From positions 11,778,286 to 11,842,285 of the forward strand of contig CM082581.2 of the NCBI GenBank assembly GCA_040954595.2: a DNA stretch of 64,000 nucleotides. Reading direction: 5' to 3'. A program made the translations under genes and the position numbers. The notes beneath the pieces were generated by a model. It did not search any database, was not told the origin of the DNA, and saw nothing but the letters and a program-made list of their open reading frames with translations. Of this stretch, positions 39,681 through 53,200 are shown piece after piece. Numbering within the stretch: the first letter of the stretch is position 1; every line of letters starts with the position of its first letter. The stretch is from Balanoglossus misakiensis (lineage: Eukaryota; Animalia; Hemichordata).

Positions 39681-40718
39681 CTGCTGAAGTCTGTTGATGC
39701 AACAATATTCACAAAGACCTGAGCGAGTAACGATTCTTCAGAATCATGACTGTCTCCCCATTGCTGGTTAGAAACACGTTACCGTATATGTGTTGCTTAT
39801 AATCATCTGCGCATATGCTAATTTTTGACCAAAATAGCTGTAAGTCGCGAACAAGCTGTTACAATCGTGTATCCAGCATCGTTGATGTTGTCATAGCAAC
39901 CTATTAATCCCTTATAAAGATATTCGTGTCTTTTTATGAGTGCCCGTGCAATTTTACGTTTGACTATGGTTTTACATTTATAATGAAAACCACAAAGTTT
40001 ATTAGTGCGTGTTAGCTGGTAAGCTTTTCCAGTCATGAGGTCCGTAATGTCTGTATAAGATAAAAGAGTTAAAATATTATAAGATTTAAAAAAAAAATCG
40101 AATCAGTTTTTCTTTGTCTTCTGTAGTATGTAAACAAATCTTTTTTGGTCGTGAAAGTGCATGCATGTCATTCATAGGGATTAGTGTGTTGCTATGGCAA
40201 AGAAAGGTCGCCGCTGACTCTTTTAAAACAGCTGTCACAATTTGTTGACTGCTTATAGAACTTGCTAAAAGCGCACGTTCGCATAATGATCGGTTGTGGT
40301 AATGGGAAGCCATTTTATGATTAAATGTGATAAAACAAACTGGGATTCACATAATATGAAATCTCGGCGTTCAGAGAACAAAATTGTGCCAGACAAATCA
40401 AATACAGAATTTGAAATCCAAAATTATCACCAATCACTGGTCACGTTGAAACCAGCGAGAAAAAAAAACGACTTGTAATTGTGTCTGTTACAAACACGGG
40501 TATATCGGACAGTAATTTTATTTGTCGAAAATAATTTCTTCAAATTCTTTATGCCTTTCAAAATCTGTTCTACCACCATTGTTGTGATATTGATTAAAAC
40601 CGTGACACAAAACCTACATTTCTGGTGTGAAAATATTTCCCTTTTACGGAATATGTGACTCTTTGAGAAGATCTCTATTCTCCTACTGTACAGAATGACT
40701 TGATCACGTTGGATGTGC

Positions 40719-42188
40719 TCACCCAGTCTCGTCTACAACAGCCTGCAGCTGTCTATCAAAATGAGAAAAGTAGATTTCTTTTTGGCTGACGAAAATTTCC
40801 TGTATTTTCTGGTAAATTCTGACGTCAAAATAAAGCGAGTCAAACACATCTTGGTTTGACAAAAGTTCTCTTTTAAGTTCGTACAGCAGTTCGCTCTGTG
40901 ATAAATAGTCTTCACCGTCTGTTTTAAAAACTACTTTTTCCACCGCCTCGCTGCAAAGAGATTCGAACGGCAACTTGTAGGTATGCTGAAGAATTTTCAA
41001 GAAAGTATCATACTCGTCTGTTATCCCAACAACAGAAAACCAAGTTTCCAAATTTTCAAGGATAAAATCCAAAACTTTTAATTTATCCTCCTTCGTCATA
41101 ATGTTATCGAGGACAAGTTTATTTTTGTACCAACATGGCATGGAAGTGGGGGCGGGGTCATCTGGGTCTCGGAGCTCTTCGATTTTCGACAAGTAGTCCA
41201 AGCTGCATACTTTGGGATTATGCAGCAACTGTCTGAAGAAGAAACTGCCCTGACGGAGCGCCCACTCTTTTAGGGAAAGTGGCCTGCCCTTTGCGTTCCG
41301 CACCTGGCATGGTAGTTCGTTCTTCCCCTTGCAGTAGACATAGGAGGCGATGATTCTCTCGTAAGGCTCTCGCAGCACTGTGAAGTATGAGCAAGGCTCG
41401 TTGGTGAAGTCACAAACGCCAAACGTGAAACCGCCGAGATATAGCTTCTCCAGAACCTGGTTACTCCCCTCCGTCTTGATATCCTTGTAAAATTTCCCGA
41501 CATTATTATTCCAAATCAGGGAAGGTTTTGGCAATGATAAATTGTTTGCTATGATCGATAAACACTCTTTCATTACCCCTCCGGCTGAATTATGATTATC
41601 AACGAACACAACAGAGCTGTTTGTGTAAAAGAAGTCGTTCGGCCAGCGGTTATTGGCGCCGATATTTCGCCGAGTGTAGAAGTTTGGTAAATAATTTTTA
41701 TGCATAGCCCAGGGATACTTCACCATGTAGGTCGGCGGGGAATTCTGGGAGTGCCGTTGTTCAAAGATGGCCGACTCGCCTTCTCGAAACCTTCGCATCT
41801 GATGTTCGTAGTCGTCCAGATCTCCGTTTCTGAAAAATTATTCAAAGTTGAATAAAATAAGTAAAATTTTCGAATTTCGATAATATCCATCCATCCATCC
41901 ATCCGTCCACCCGTCTGTTCGTCCACTTCACATCACACAACCTCACACGACTGTAATAAACGTCGTTTTACCTCAACATCTAACATTAATCCACGTACCG
42001 CCATGCCCTAGGCTAAATCACATTTTAACGTTAACTTGTGCCACTTACGCCACTTCCGGAACCATGGTGTCGATTTTCCGATACGACATTCCCAAAATGA
42101 AGAGGGTGATGACAGATCCCACCATGAAAACGAAGTTCCCGCGGTTCCTGGGAAAATGTAAACGCATGTTTGATACGACGATGCTCAT
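40719..42188 (-). CDS. Golgi type II membrane sulfotransferase-like protein, paralog B (degenerate PAPS motifs); exons 42188-42049, 41829-40719
   Basis: Exon 1 encodes a TM segment (NFVFMVGSVITLFILGMSY), followed by a phase-2 intron. Collinear with paralog A (LPNFYTRR, VCDFTNEPCSYFTVLREP, QGSFFFRQL, ILENLETWFSVVG). Confidence 0.85.
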
Positions 42189-43935
42189 AATAATAACACC
42201 AGTATTTGCGTGGTGTCACACGCAATTAGTTTACGGAGCAACGGACAGGTTATGGGGACAATCGTTCATCCGAGCAATGTAGACTCAGTAAATTTTGTCA
42301 CTCTCACGTTTTCACATGCCGACATCTTCTGAGAAACACCAGATACTCGAAATCATGTCACTCTTATTCCATATCAATTATTATCTGTTCATCTCGCTCG
42401 TCTCCGTCTATCCCAGACCACAATCAGCACAGTTGGATGTTATTCAAATATGGGGAATGTTATTCCGGATTAGTCGTCCCTAATCCCACGACGTTTTAAT
42501 AGGAATTTAATTATTCCATGAATGGAGAAATGCGTCATCTGTCCCCGCCTTCATTTTGATACTCCCAGTCTGTTGGCTAATTATAATTTCTGAATTTGTA
42601 CACAGCGAGTTACTTCAGATTATGTTATACAATTCTTGTCTTCGTATATAGCTTTACACTCTGTCCTATTCTGAGTGCCAATTAATTGCAATCCGTCAAC
42701 CATGGTCGGCTGTCGAAATTGCCCTCCATATTCGATGGCTCCGATGGAATTATCGACACTGGCGTATTTATGCGTATTTACTTTTCTTGATCACATGGTC
42801 ACAGCTGTGAATAATTCCCAGGCTGAACAGATTTCTGCTCTAGAATCGATTAAATACGTTACAAAAAATAATATTCACGATTTTAATCTGTCCAAGCATT
42901 AAAAAACTAATATGCTATCCGTCTTCTGTCTAGCCAAAGTTTCTTATAGGAGTCCTGAAGGATCCCTAAAAGTCCTATAGGATTCCTGAAAGATATTTTT
43001 GTAAGTGAAAATGGCACAATAATATAAAGCGCTTGATATTTTCTACCCCCATCCATCCCTGTGTAACGATATCATTTGTCCGAGTCGAAACGTGCTTCAC
43101 GTACACGTCTACCAACAGACACGCCACTGGTCAGGGAGAGCGAACAATTATTGCAACAGCCCAAAACAAACTTACCCGGAAGACTGCGCATGTGTATTAC
43201 CTCACGTACGTTTCGTTCATAAATATTAGATACCGTTGAATTAGCACATTACCCCATAAACAGCAGTCGTATTATTAAGACTGTGGTGACTTGACCGGAG
43301 ATAAAGCGAGTTTTGGTAAGTAAAATGACATAGTATTTGGGCGGTCACGACCGAGGATAGTTTCGAACGAATCAATGCCTGTAAAGACCATCAGATCACA
43401 GTCCCTGTATTACAACGCCAGAGAGCTTATCACCGCAACCTTTTACGCACAGTCCAGTGTTGTGGTGTGTTGTGTACAGTTAATGCACTATCTATGGTCA
43501 AGCAACGCCCATGATTTAAGATAGAGTTTATTCACAGTACAAATAGTGTGAAGGTCAGGGTGTACTTGCCACGCCCTCGCATAAATCAAACATTAACAAT
43601 GAAACATGTTATATTATCTGTTGCCAACAACTGTATTCTGAAAATCCCTAACCCTACAAATCAACCGAAACTTCGTGGCAGCAGTAATAGAGAGCGGTAC
43701 TTCCAGACGTGTGAAAATCACATTATGGGTAGCCTTACTGGTCTTAGGCAGATAATTGTGAGGTTTCTTCTCTTATGACTATTGTTGATGCGTGTACAAG
43801 GCTCTGAGGCCCCAAGAGGCAAGGCCTTGTTTATGCCAGCTATACTCAACATTCACCCTCGGTTCTACCTCATCCATCCTAAGTTCTCTCAGGTTGTGGG
43901 TTTGTTGGGAAACTCTTGTAAATACGGAAGACCTC

Positions 43936-44844
43936 ATGATGCCCACCAGGAATGCCAAGAACAAGGCATACAAGTACCAGAAGATGGGTGACCCGAAGAT
44001 GAAAACCCAGGATGGGTATACAGAGCTACAGGTGTGTGTGCATCACCAAGGTTGTATATTGTCGATTTCCCTGTGTGCAGCCTAGTGATTGTGGCAAGAC
44101 ATCATTGGTTGTCCTTTGTAAATTAAGTTTTCCTGATACTAATTGTACACATATGCACTATGCTGACAAGGCAGTTGATACACAGACATACAGTGTTTTT
44201 GAAGTTGTCTATACCAGTACATTAGACAGTACCATTGCCCCTATAAATGATTTCTCCTCTTTTTATTCACATAATATGACAGTTCAGAAAACCACCAGTT
44301 AAAGTGCCGGTGAAAGCGATAGCCTTAGCAGTGTTCCTCTTCTCGTTGGGAAGTGTCCTCATCATTGTTGGCGCAATGTTGCTGTCAGGGTACATTGATG
44401 CAAAGGTAAGGTCAACTGGGTTCTGGGGTCACAACCCTCCCCCCTTCCCCCACCCACTTTCACTGTGTGTTGATCCAACTGCACTTTTCACGACAATGGG
44501 TCGGACCACAGTTCAGTGGTATGGGGGTGATACATGTATTTTATTTTGAGCACCACAAATATCGTTCCCATGGAAGGGAGGCATTGTTGTCCAGTGGTGA
44601 GTTACCATACGTACTTTCCGATGATGATGTGTGCCCGGCCTTGTGTAAGACCTTCTGTCTATCTCAATCATACCTTGACTCGTCTCATATTTTCTTCTTG
44701 CAGTATTCTGACAGAACGTGGCCTGTACTGATCATCGGTGCATTGTTATTCATACCAGGATCATATCACGTCAGATTGGCATACTGTGCATACAAAGGTT
44801 ACAGGGGATATTCATATGATGATATACCAGACTTTGATGATTAG
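43936..44844 (+). CDS. TMEM230: Transmembrane protein 230 (119 aa); exons 43936-44031, 44283-44405, 44704-44844
   Basis: The spliced product [17 protein letters not shown]...[24 protein letters not shown]...[44 protein letters not shown] has the diagnostic TMEM230 C-terminus. Probable 5' UTR intron ~43316-43890. Confidence 0.95.
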
Positions 44845-45405
44845 GGGAATGAGACAGGACAAGAATTCAGGGAAAACAAATCACCCCTTTCTCCTGTGGC
44901 TGTCTTGAACTTAATTTATTCATGCAGGGTTCTTCATGAACCAATGACAGATGCATGTACAGCAAATTGTTTTGAGGATTTGTAAATATTAGAAAACTAC
45001 TTTGGTATATTGGAATCAGTTTGGAATGCAGTGACAAACAGTCCTGGAGAAGATTGATAGAACAATTTGATTCTGAAGACAAGCGTCGTAGAAGCTTTCA
45101 CAAAGATTTTATACATTCCTCGAGATTACTAATGTGACGAAAAATTCATTGTGTGTTTTTTCACAACTATGGTTCAATTTCGAGGTGTTTTCCTTTTTCA
45201 TAAGAGGTACTTACTGCTACATGACACTTTTCAGAAAGAAATTTTTACTGTACTGTGCTTGGTCATTTTCGTTTTAGCCAAAAATGAAACTTTATTTGTT
45301 TGTAAATGTTTGTTTGAACCCTTTGAGAAACCGAAATTCCTGGTGAACCATTCAAATTTATTTTCAAATTGTATGTTTCGTCGCCTGAGGGCGCTTGTGT
45401 GATAA

Positions 45406-45420
45406 GGCGCCCCCTAGTGA
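45406..45420 (-). promoter_or_regulatory. CTCF-like site
   Basis: Minus strand TCACTAGGGGGCGCC, located between TMEM230 and the GAL3ST gene. Confidence 0.4.
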
Positions 45421-46451
45421 TGACTATTTTGTTTCACTCCAGAACACTTCGTGCACTGAACTAAATTTTAGGAAAGTAAAATGACACCAGTAGGAATGAG
45501 TGTATCAATATTTTGATGTGCAATACATACTGAGGATTTTAACAAAATGATCATTCTTGTCAAATTTCAAAACAAACCTGGAAGATATTTTAAATATAAC
45601 CAAAAATTACACAACTACATTGGGAGTATGTAGAGTGATGAAGTCTATTTCCACTTAAATTACGTTTGTATTAATGCAACAGGGGATACACTGCCTACTT
45701 TTATGAATAAAGACCACATTCTATTGTATCTGGTAAGGACATCATTACTGTCTCACGATCTACTATAGATGCACTTTGTTGCCAACGCTGTCTCCATAGT
45801 GACAACTTAGGTCATTTCGGTCAACTGCTGAGTATACTATACTCGGTGCTTGACCCCAGGATGACATTGACTGCGCATTTTAATTTACTTCTACTGATAT
45901 CAGACATGACTCTTGTATAGAGTTACCAATTTGATTCATCTGTAATACACATGACTGAATGAAAGTAAATTCTGAGTTTAATAATGCTTTTAATATTGAT
46001 AGACATTCTCGTACTTCGTCTGAAGTTACAACTCCACAGAACAAAAGCCTGAAGGTTTTATTTCCACTGCAGTCTAATAAACAATAAAAATTGAACAAAA
46101 AATAGGACAAATACTTTCACAAATACACGACAAAAGACAGTATCGTTCAAACCAAAATACACGACAAATAGACAGCTATCGTGCAACCTTTCCGAGGCGA
46201 CGTGACCCTAGATGACCCAAGTCACGTGTTTGATATAAGGCTTGACCTCGGTGATCGGCAGAACCGCAGTCGTGATTGTTTTGGACGCCACTCGCCAGCA
46301 AACGCACTATGTAAGGTATGTGTTATCCATTACAGTATTCATGGGTTTACCACAAGCAAGTAGGTAAACTTGTATGTCTGTCAGAATGTGTCGGATTTGC
46401 GAGGTCACATCAGTCATCAGAGCCGATGACACAATCTACTATAGTCGCGCT

Positions 46452-46655
46452 GGATCTGGTTCTCTTAGTGGACACGACTATACCCCATGGCAACGATACC
46501 ATGGCAATGAGGGTGAGTTAGGGTTAGGGTTAGGAGGGTTAGGGGTGGCAATGTGAGGGTGAGTTTATCCCATACCCTAACCCTCCTAACCCTAACCCTA
46601 AAAAACCATGGTATCGCCATGGGATATAGTCGTGTCCACTAAGTGAACCAGATCC
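46452..46655. mobile_element. 204-bp MITE with long TIRs, 8-bp TSD and internal telomere-like repeats
   Basis: TIR GGATCTGGTTC(T/A)CTTAGTGGACACGACTATA at both ends. The direct repeat GTCGCGCT flanks it at 46444-46451 and 46656-46663. Interior (TTAGGG)n faces (CCCTAA)n. Confidence 0.9.
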
Positions 46656-46896
46656 GTCGCGCTCACCTAGTGCCGTCCATCATATACGGTTTATACAAAG
46701 TCAATTCGACAGTTTCTTGAAACTGATGTGTGGTTTAGTTGAATACACCGAAAGGAGTAATTGTCTGAGGTGTTGGATGCACATTTATGTATTTTACAGT
46801 TATTCGAATGGAAAAATTCTCACTACATTGTGGTGTGTATGAGCAGACGACACACTTTCCAGTTTTTGCAATCCCACTCTAAGTCTTACTGCAATA

Positions 46897-48295
46897 ATGC
46901 GTTATTTCAAGTTCTTCGCGTGGACGGCTGGTAGCATTCTGCTACTTGTACTCTATTTACTGCATCAACACTACCAATCGAAAGTACTCAGGTATGTAAT
47001 AACCAATCCTTAAAAAACCTTCTAGTCTAGGGCAAAAAAAAAGGACCATAGGCCCAGGAATTAAGTACCCTTGGTGTGAAAGTTTGATGTTTATATATTT
47101 GGTATCAAGTAAAGTCATACGAAATGTAATGGCATATTTGAGCCCAGTGCAGTGTGTACTAGTTCGTCTTTTACAGTACAAATGACTTCTCTTTTCCAGT
47201 CAAATTAAAACAAAACAAGAAAAAGACGAAAACCTGAATAAACTGAAAATCCAGACAGTTTCACGGGAAGCTGTTAATGTTATCACAGGACCTTGTAAAC
47301 CCAAAGAAAATATCACTTTCGTCAAGCTTCACAAGACGGGAAGTACAACAGTCCAGAACATTTTGTTGCGGTACGGAGACGCGAACAATTTGACCTTTGT
47401 CCTGCCAAGGGACAAAATAAATTTCAGTTATCCCAAGTTGTTCCAGCGGAATTTCATTCTGGAAACACGGGACAAGGTGTACAACATACTGTGCAACCAT
47501 GTCAGGTACAACAATGCAGAAATCACGAAGCTGATGCCTCCGAACACCGTCTATGTCACCATCATTCGAGATCCTGTGGTGCAGTATGAAAGTGTATTTA
47601 CATATTTCAGGATTGGAAGCAGCTGCAAAGTGAAAAGTACGTCAAGTACCGGTTTAAAGACGTTTTTTGATGATCCCAAGAAATGCTACCTAACAACCAA
47701 ACGTAATCACATGCTCTTTGACCTTGGAATGAACACGGTTGTCAGCGATGCAAAAGAAATTGACGCAATGATTAATTTCATCAACCGAAAGTTTTCACTG
47801 GTGATGATTATGGAGTTTATGGAAGAGTCGGTTTTGTTGTTGAAAGATTTGTTGTGTCTCAGTATGGATGATGTGACGTATTTCACATTGAATGCGAGGA
47901 ATTACAAGTCTGTGCACAGTATTGATGAGGCAACTCGCGAAAAGATTCTTGCATGGAACTCGGGGGATGCCAAACTTTACCAGCACTTCAACAAATCTTT
48001 CTGGGAAAAGGTTGAACGTTACGGAAGAGATCGGATGGCCACTGATGTGGCGTTACTGCGAGAGAAGAACCAGAAACTGACCAAAAATTGTCTGAAATCC
48101 GAAAATGAAAATGAATTGGGTCAAGAGTTCAAGGTGTACAAACCTCCGGGTGTGGTAATGGACAACAAAGTACTGAGGAAAAATGCTGAGAATCTGAAAG
48201 ACTGTGAACGCCGAGTTTATCCAGAAAGGATTTACACAGCTCTGTTGAAGAAGAAACAGTTCCCAGAGGAGTTTGCAGACCTTGCCGTATCCTAG
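46897..48295 (+). CDS. GAL3ST: Galactose-3-O-sulfotransferase family protein; exons 46897-46991, 47200-48295
   Basis: Exon 1 encodes MRYFKFFAWTAGSILLLVLYLLHQH (TM), followed by a phase-2 intron. Exon 2 has CKPKENITFVKLHKTGSTTVQNILLRYG, YNILCNHVRYN, TIIRDPVVQYESVFTY, RNHMLFDLG and WNSGDAKLYQHFNKSFW, all typical of the family. The exact paralog cannot be assigned. Confidence 0.92.
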
Positions 48296-50281
48296 AGGGG
48301 GAAGCTTTTTATAATCAATCAAAATAGGAAACAGTGTGGAAATAGTGTAAATCAGCAGTTGAACAATTTTTCTTCCAGTATTATTGGGAACACACATTGG
48401 CTGAATGCATTTTTATTTATTTATTTTTTAAAAACATAACAAAAGCTTTTACATAGTTTATGTATATTTTGAAAAATATGGTGTCTGCTCTATTCTAAAT
48501 ACCAGGTTCTTTTCACACAGGTTCGTATTATTTTTGAGATCACTATAAAACCCTCACGTTCTCTACAGAAACATACATTTAAATCTTAAATCTATCATCC
48601 AACATAATATCAGTTTCAATAATGGGAGAAAAAAAATGACGCACAGGGTAGTTTAATGAAATTCATAATGTGTTTATTCAAGAAGAGTTCTGTCAATCAT
48701 TTCATTCATAACAAGACCAGAATGCCCAGTCTCATTTTGTATGGTTCAGTGATCAACAGAGTATAATTAGAACAAAAATAGGCTTGAATATGTACAATTG
48801 AATAATGATTTGGCAAGCTGGCGGGGTGTATAGGTTTGGTGTACCAGTATGGCAGGCATTATTGGTTTGGAAATATTTACATTATATTGTTGTCTGTTCA
48901 CTGACATAAATCGTTCATATTTCCATATTCTTTATACGCATTTTACGTAAACAGAGTATTGGTTCGATTCTCATTGAGCAGTTCATTTTATGGTTTAAAT
49001 TCATACCTCTTTCACTCGAGGCTCGTAATGAAACTTTTTAAGATATAAAATATCTGTAATATCTATAGCTGCCTAGCAATGTATAGACTGAAAGAATCTT
49101 ACAGTCAAAGTAATGTATATCTACATGATTTCAAACACAGCATTCAGACATTTCATTGAGTGAGATTTACATAAAAAATCTTCAGTAAAAATCTACATCT
49201 CATAACATGAGCTTATCTTTATGAACACCTGACTGAAAAGGTTACTTTGCTTTTGCAAATGTGTATTTAGAAAATATGAACTCTTTTACAAAAGGATATT
49301 CCATTCTGACTCAGGGGTGTTCAGAATCAGATGAAATTCACAGAATCTAAAATTTTGCCATAAAAATGAGATTTTTTTTTTACAAAACCTGTACTAACAT
49401 CTAAATTTACAGTTTTCTTGTTTGGATTTCATGTTCTAGCCAAATTTGCACCCCCTTTGCAAGATTCATACTCACAGAGTAAAATTTTCTGATGGTTGAT
49501 TTAAAAACAATCATGGACTGACCACAAATATTGCTAAGTTTCAATTCTGCAGGTCAGCACAGACATAGGAAACCAGCGGTATTTGAAGAGGAAAAAAATC
49601 TACTTCTTAACATAAGGCATCATTATTGTGAATATGTTGCATAAACATATTCTTCTGCTTTAAAAATAAGTCCCCACTTGATCAATAAACTTGTAAAACT
49701 ACATGAATTCATAAATGTCCCCCCCCCTTAAAAAAAGACATACTGGCTAAATGATTAATTTACCGGTACAAAGAAGCCAACAAACGTATGTATACAACAG
49801 CATATTGTCTTCTTATCAATTCTGAATAAATGAATGTAATGCCACCAATATGAAAATACTTATAACAAAGTAAGCTCCTGGTGGCTGTATCAGATCATAT
49901 CACAAAGAAATGACATATGGATGGACAGAGATATGCACAGAGTCTAATCTAAAGTAACCTAGACATGTCTGGGGACTAAAAATAACCATTTTTTCAATCC
50001 AGTTGGGAACTGGTGATCTGCTGGTACAAAAACACACTCTTCACTGAATTCTGATAAAAAAGCTTATTACAGTAGTCACAGTATGCTACACATACTTCTC
50101 AATCACTTTCAATAGCCATAGAGCTGTGGCCATCTTTACAGTTGCCATGGCCACCAAACAATGACATCATTTCCTGCTGGGCAGCATAAATTAGATGATA
50201 AAAGTACAAGTAAGTAATGCAATCTCAAGTGGATTACATTCTGTGTACTCTTTTTTTTTAAATATCGAGGTCTCAACATTT

Positions 50282-53200
50282 TCAATTTTTCTTTGGACCA
50301 GGAAATGGCTTGGTTAATTTTTGCTGTGTTGTTGGTAGAGCGTGTGTTGTGTAATGCTTCAGAAGTGCCTCCATGGTGCTAAATGCTGGATGGTCCGACT
50401 GAAGGTAGATTGTTCCCTCCTCCTGAAATAAAGGGGGGAAAATGATCATCTTTGTTCCGTTGGTATACTCTGCAATAATGTACAGTTGTATATGGAATCC
50501 CCTGTTTTCTATAGAGGGCCCCCTTCAAAGAAAACACGAAAAAATGAGTCACAGAGTAAAAATTTCGTCTTTTTTAGCATTGGTATAGTTCGGACCGACC
50601 TTCAACAGCCACATTTAAATTTAAGGTCAGTTTTACATGTACTGGTAAATTGTACAAGGACTGTAATAAAGTGGCCACTCTATAGAGATGGTCACTAACA
50701 CAGGTTTGACTGTGTTTAAAATGTGACAAAAATCCTTGCACTCACCGTATTAGAAAATACTTTGTAATGAAGACATGCCTTTTTTGGACCATCAAATACC
50801 ACGAGTACCTAAAATTGCAAGACAATGGAAAAGTGTTAAAGGCCCATATTTCTTGACATGGTAATAGATCAAGAATGAAATGCAGCGCTGCACTTGTATT
50901 CAAGTGTGGACCATAGCCATGACTTACCAGAGCACCTGGTTCTCTACTCTTTCTGACCAAATACATACCAGCTTCAGAATACGCATTGAGATACCTGTAA
51001 CAACAAAACAGACACAATTTGGTAACTATTTAGGATACAGCCCTTGTCAGTGAAAATGTGACACTAAAACCTGAGTGCATCGCAACTTCTTGTAAAGACA
51101 CAAAAGTAGATTTTTTAGGGAGAAGGCAATAGCTAACTGCTTACATCATGGTACTTTTCTACAAAATTTTTTACAGTAGACAATACTTACTGATCTGTTA
51201 ACGTTTTGTCACAAGAATCTATGTTGGCACTGGGTGGCAGCATTTGCGGTTCTGGCTGATTAAAAAAAAGATGTGATAGTTTAATTCAAGTAAGCAGTCA
51301 AATTCGGGATCAAAACAACCACAAGTGTGCACGCGCTTTTTTCTCAAAACAACCACAAGCGCCAATGAAGTTTTGCATTCAAAATGTAGCTAATTTTTTA
51401 TGAATATCGAACTAGACATATGTATGACGCAGACTGAAAGGAGTTTGATGCATTTTTTTTGATGAATGCATCAAAAATACGGCCACAGGCCTTGGATCCC
51501 AATTTTATGTTTTGTACTTACAACTACAACAGCTACTATTTTGCGTTTTGTAGGAGGAGGAGGTCTGTTCCTTGGGGAAGGAACTGCTGGTCTGTTTGGT
51601 GGAACCATAGGCATCTTTTTATTTGGATAACTATCTCTTCTCTGTAAGAGATAGAAAATTGTAATTCAATCTGTGAATAAGGTTATATGCACTATGTTAT
51701 ACCATTCATATCCAGCTACATTTCATTTAACAAAAAGTATTGCTTAAATGGACAGAGAGGGCGCTACATTCCCACTCTTCGCAAACAATCACAATGAGAA
51801 GGAAAAAGGCACCAATATGTACAATCGGACCTTCACAAACGGATGTAGATGCTTACATCTTGTCTGGAGTTTTCACTGACTGAGTTTGGTGTACTTTGGC
51901 CGTCTGGTTCACTCCTACCAAAACTGAATAAAACAAAACATACAATTTTATGACAATATCATAATAATAATATTGATTTCTTATAAAGCACATTTCATAA
52001 TACCAATGTACAATGTACCCAGAAGACTCATGTCAGCAGACACTTACCCTTGAGACTTATCCACGTTACGCAATTTAACTCCTTGAAATAAACCAGGCAT
52101 CATCATCACACCTCCTGTCGGTGCATTGCTTCTCTCATCTGGACGAGGTGCCGGTATTGGTGGGGTGGTCTTTTCCCAGGGACGAGATTTTGGAGGTTGG
52201 GTTGCAGGCGATGGTCCTTTGTCATGGGATGGTTTTGGAGGCGTGTTCTGTTCCCAGGGGCGAAGTACTGGCGGTTGGGCTCCACCCGGGACACCTGGCA
52301 GTCTCTTAACTTGCGGTTTGGGTGACGGTGATGGAGCACTTCCAGGAATCGGCATTGGAGGTCTGGTTGTTTGCGACACGGGAGAGGTTGGAAGCTTGGC
52401 TGGTGGTCTGTTATCGATTTCTGCACCTGGTGGCAGTGGCAGCGGTCGGTCAATGACGCTGGTACGTGTCCCTGGTTTTTCATCTTCCCATGGTTCTTCA
52501 TACGAATCAGAATCAGAACCATTTTCATTTTCGTCTTCTGGAGAGAAAAAAACAGACCAACCCAACTGGTCGTTACACTCTCTAAAGAAAGTCAGAAAAT
52601 CACACAAATGATGTTTCTGGTGAATCACTATAGATACCATAGCAAGATGCATAGAAATGAGGTGTTAGTTATGAAGCAATCAATGCAGCTAAGCTTCGTA
52701 TATAGCAAGCTGAAGGTTACAGTCAAAGGCACTCAATTACTCACCAGATTTACCACAACCTTCTACACGAATGCTTTCTTCAAGCTGCTTAGCTTAGCAA
52801 TGGAAAAGCAAAAACATAAAAGCATGTACATGCAAGTGCAATAAAATAAAGGCAAAAAAAATTTGAGAAAAAAACATGGCACTGTGAAATAAGCAAAAAA
52901 AGCAGGCTGTTATCAATACGGCCAGGATACAATGTAAACCCTTACCACCGCTGTCCATCAAGTCTGAATAGTTATGGCCAGACAAGTCTTGCTCATCATA
53001 TTTCACATCCACTTCAAGGGCATTGTATATGGCATCATCATCGTCAAGTGAGATTGAATCATGTGATAATGTCAGTGATGGTCTTTTTAATCCCAGCACC
53101 AACCTCTGAGTTCTGAAATAAATGAAATCAAAACCTCATAAGTTCAGATAGCGGTTAGTTTGCATAACTATGTTTGTATGATGTTAAATCCAAGGGTTGA

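Noticed and set aside
46518-46600. Head-to-head TTAGGG/CCCTAA as a telomere fusion scar
   Set aside because: It is enclosed by TIRs and an 8-bp TSD, so a MITE explains it better.
52106-52844. Overlapping alternative-frame and antisense ORFs over the SH3BP2 Pro-rich exon
   Set aside because: They are shadow ORFs of a GC-rich coding exon.
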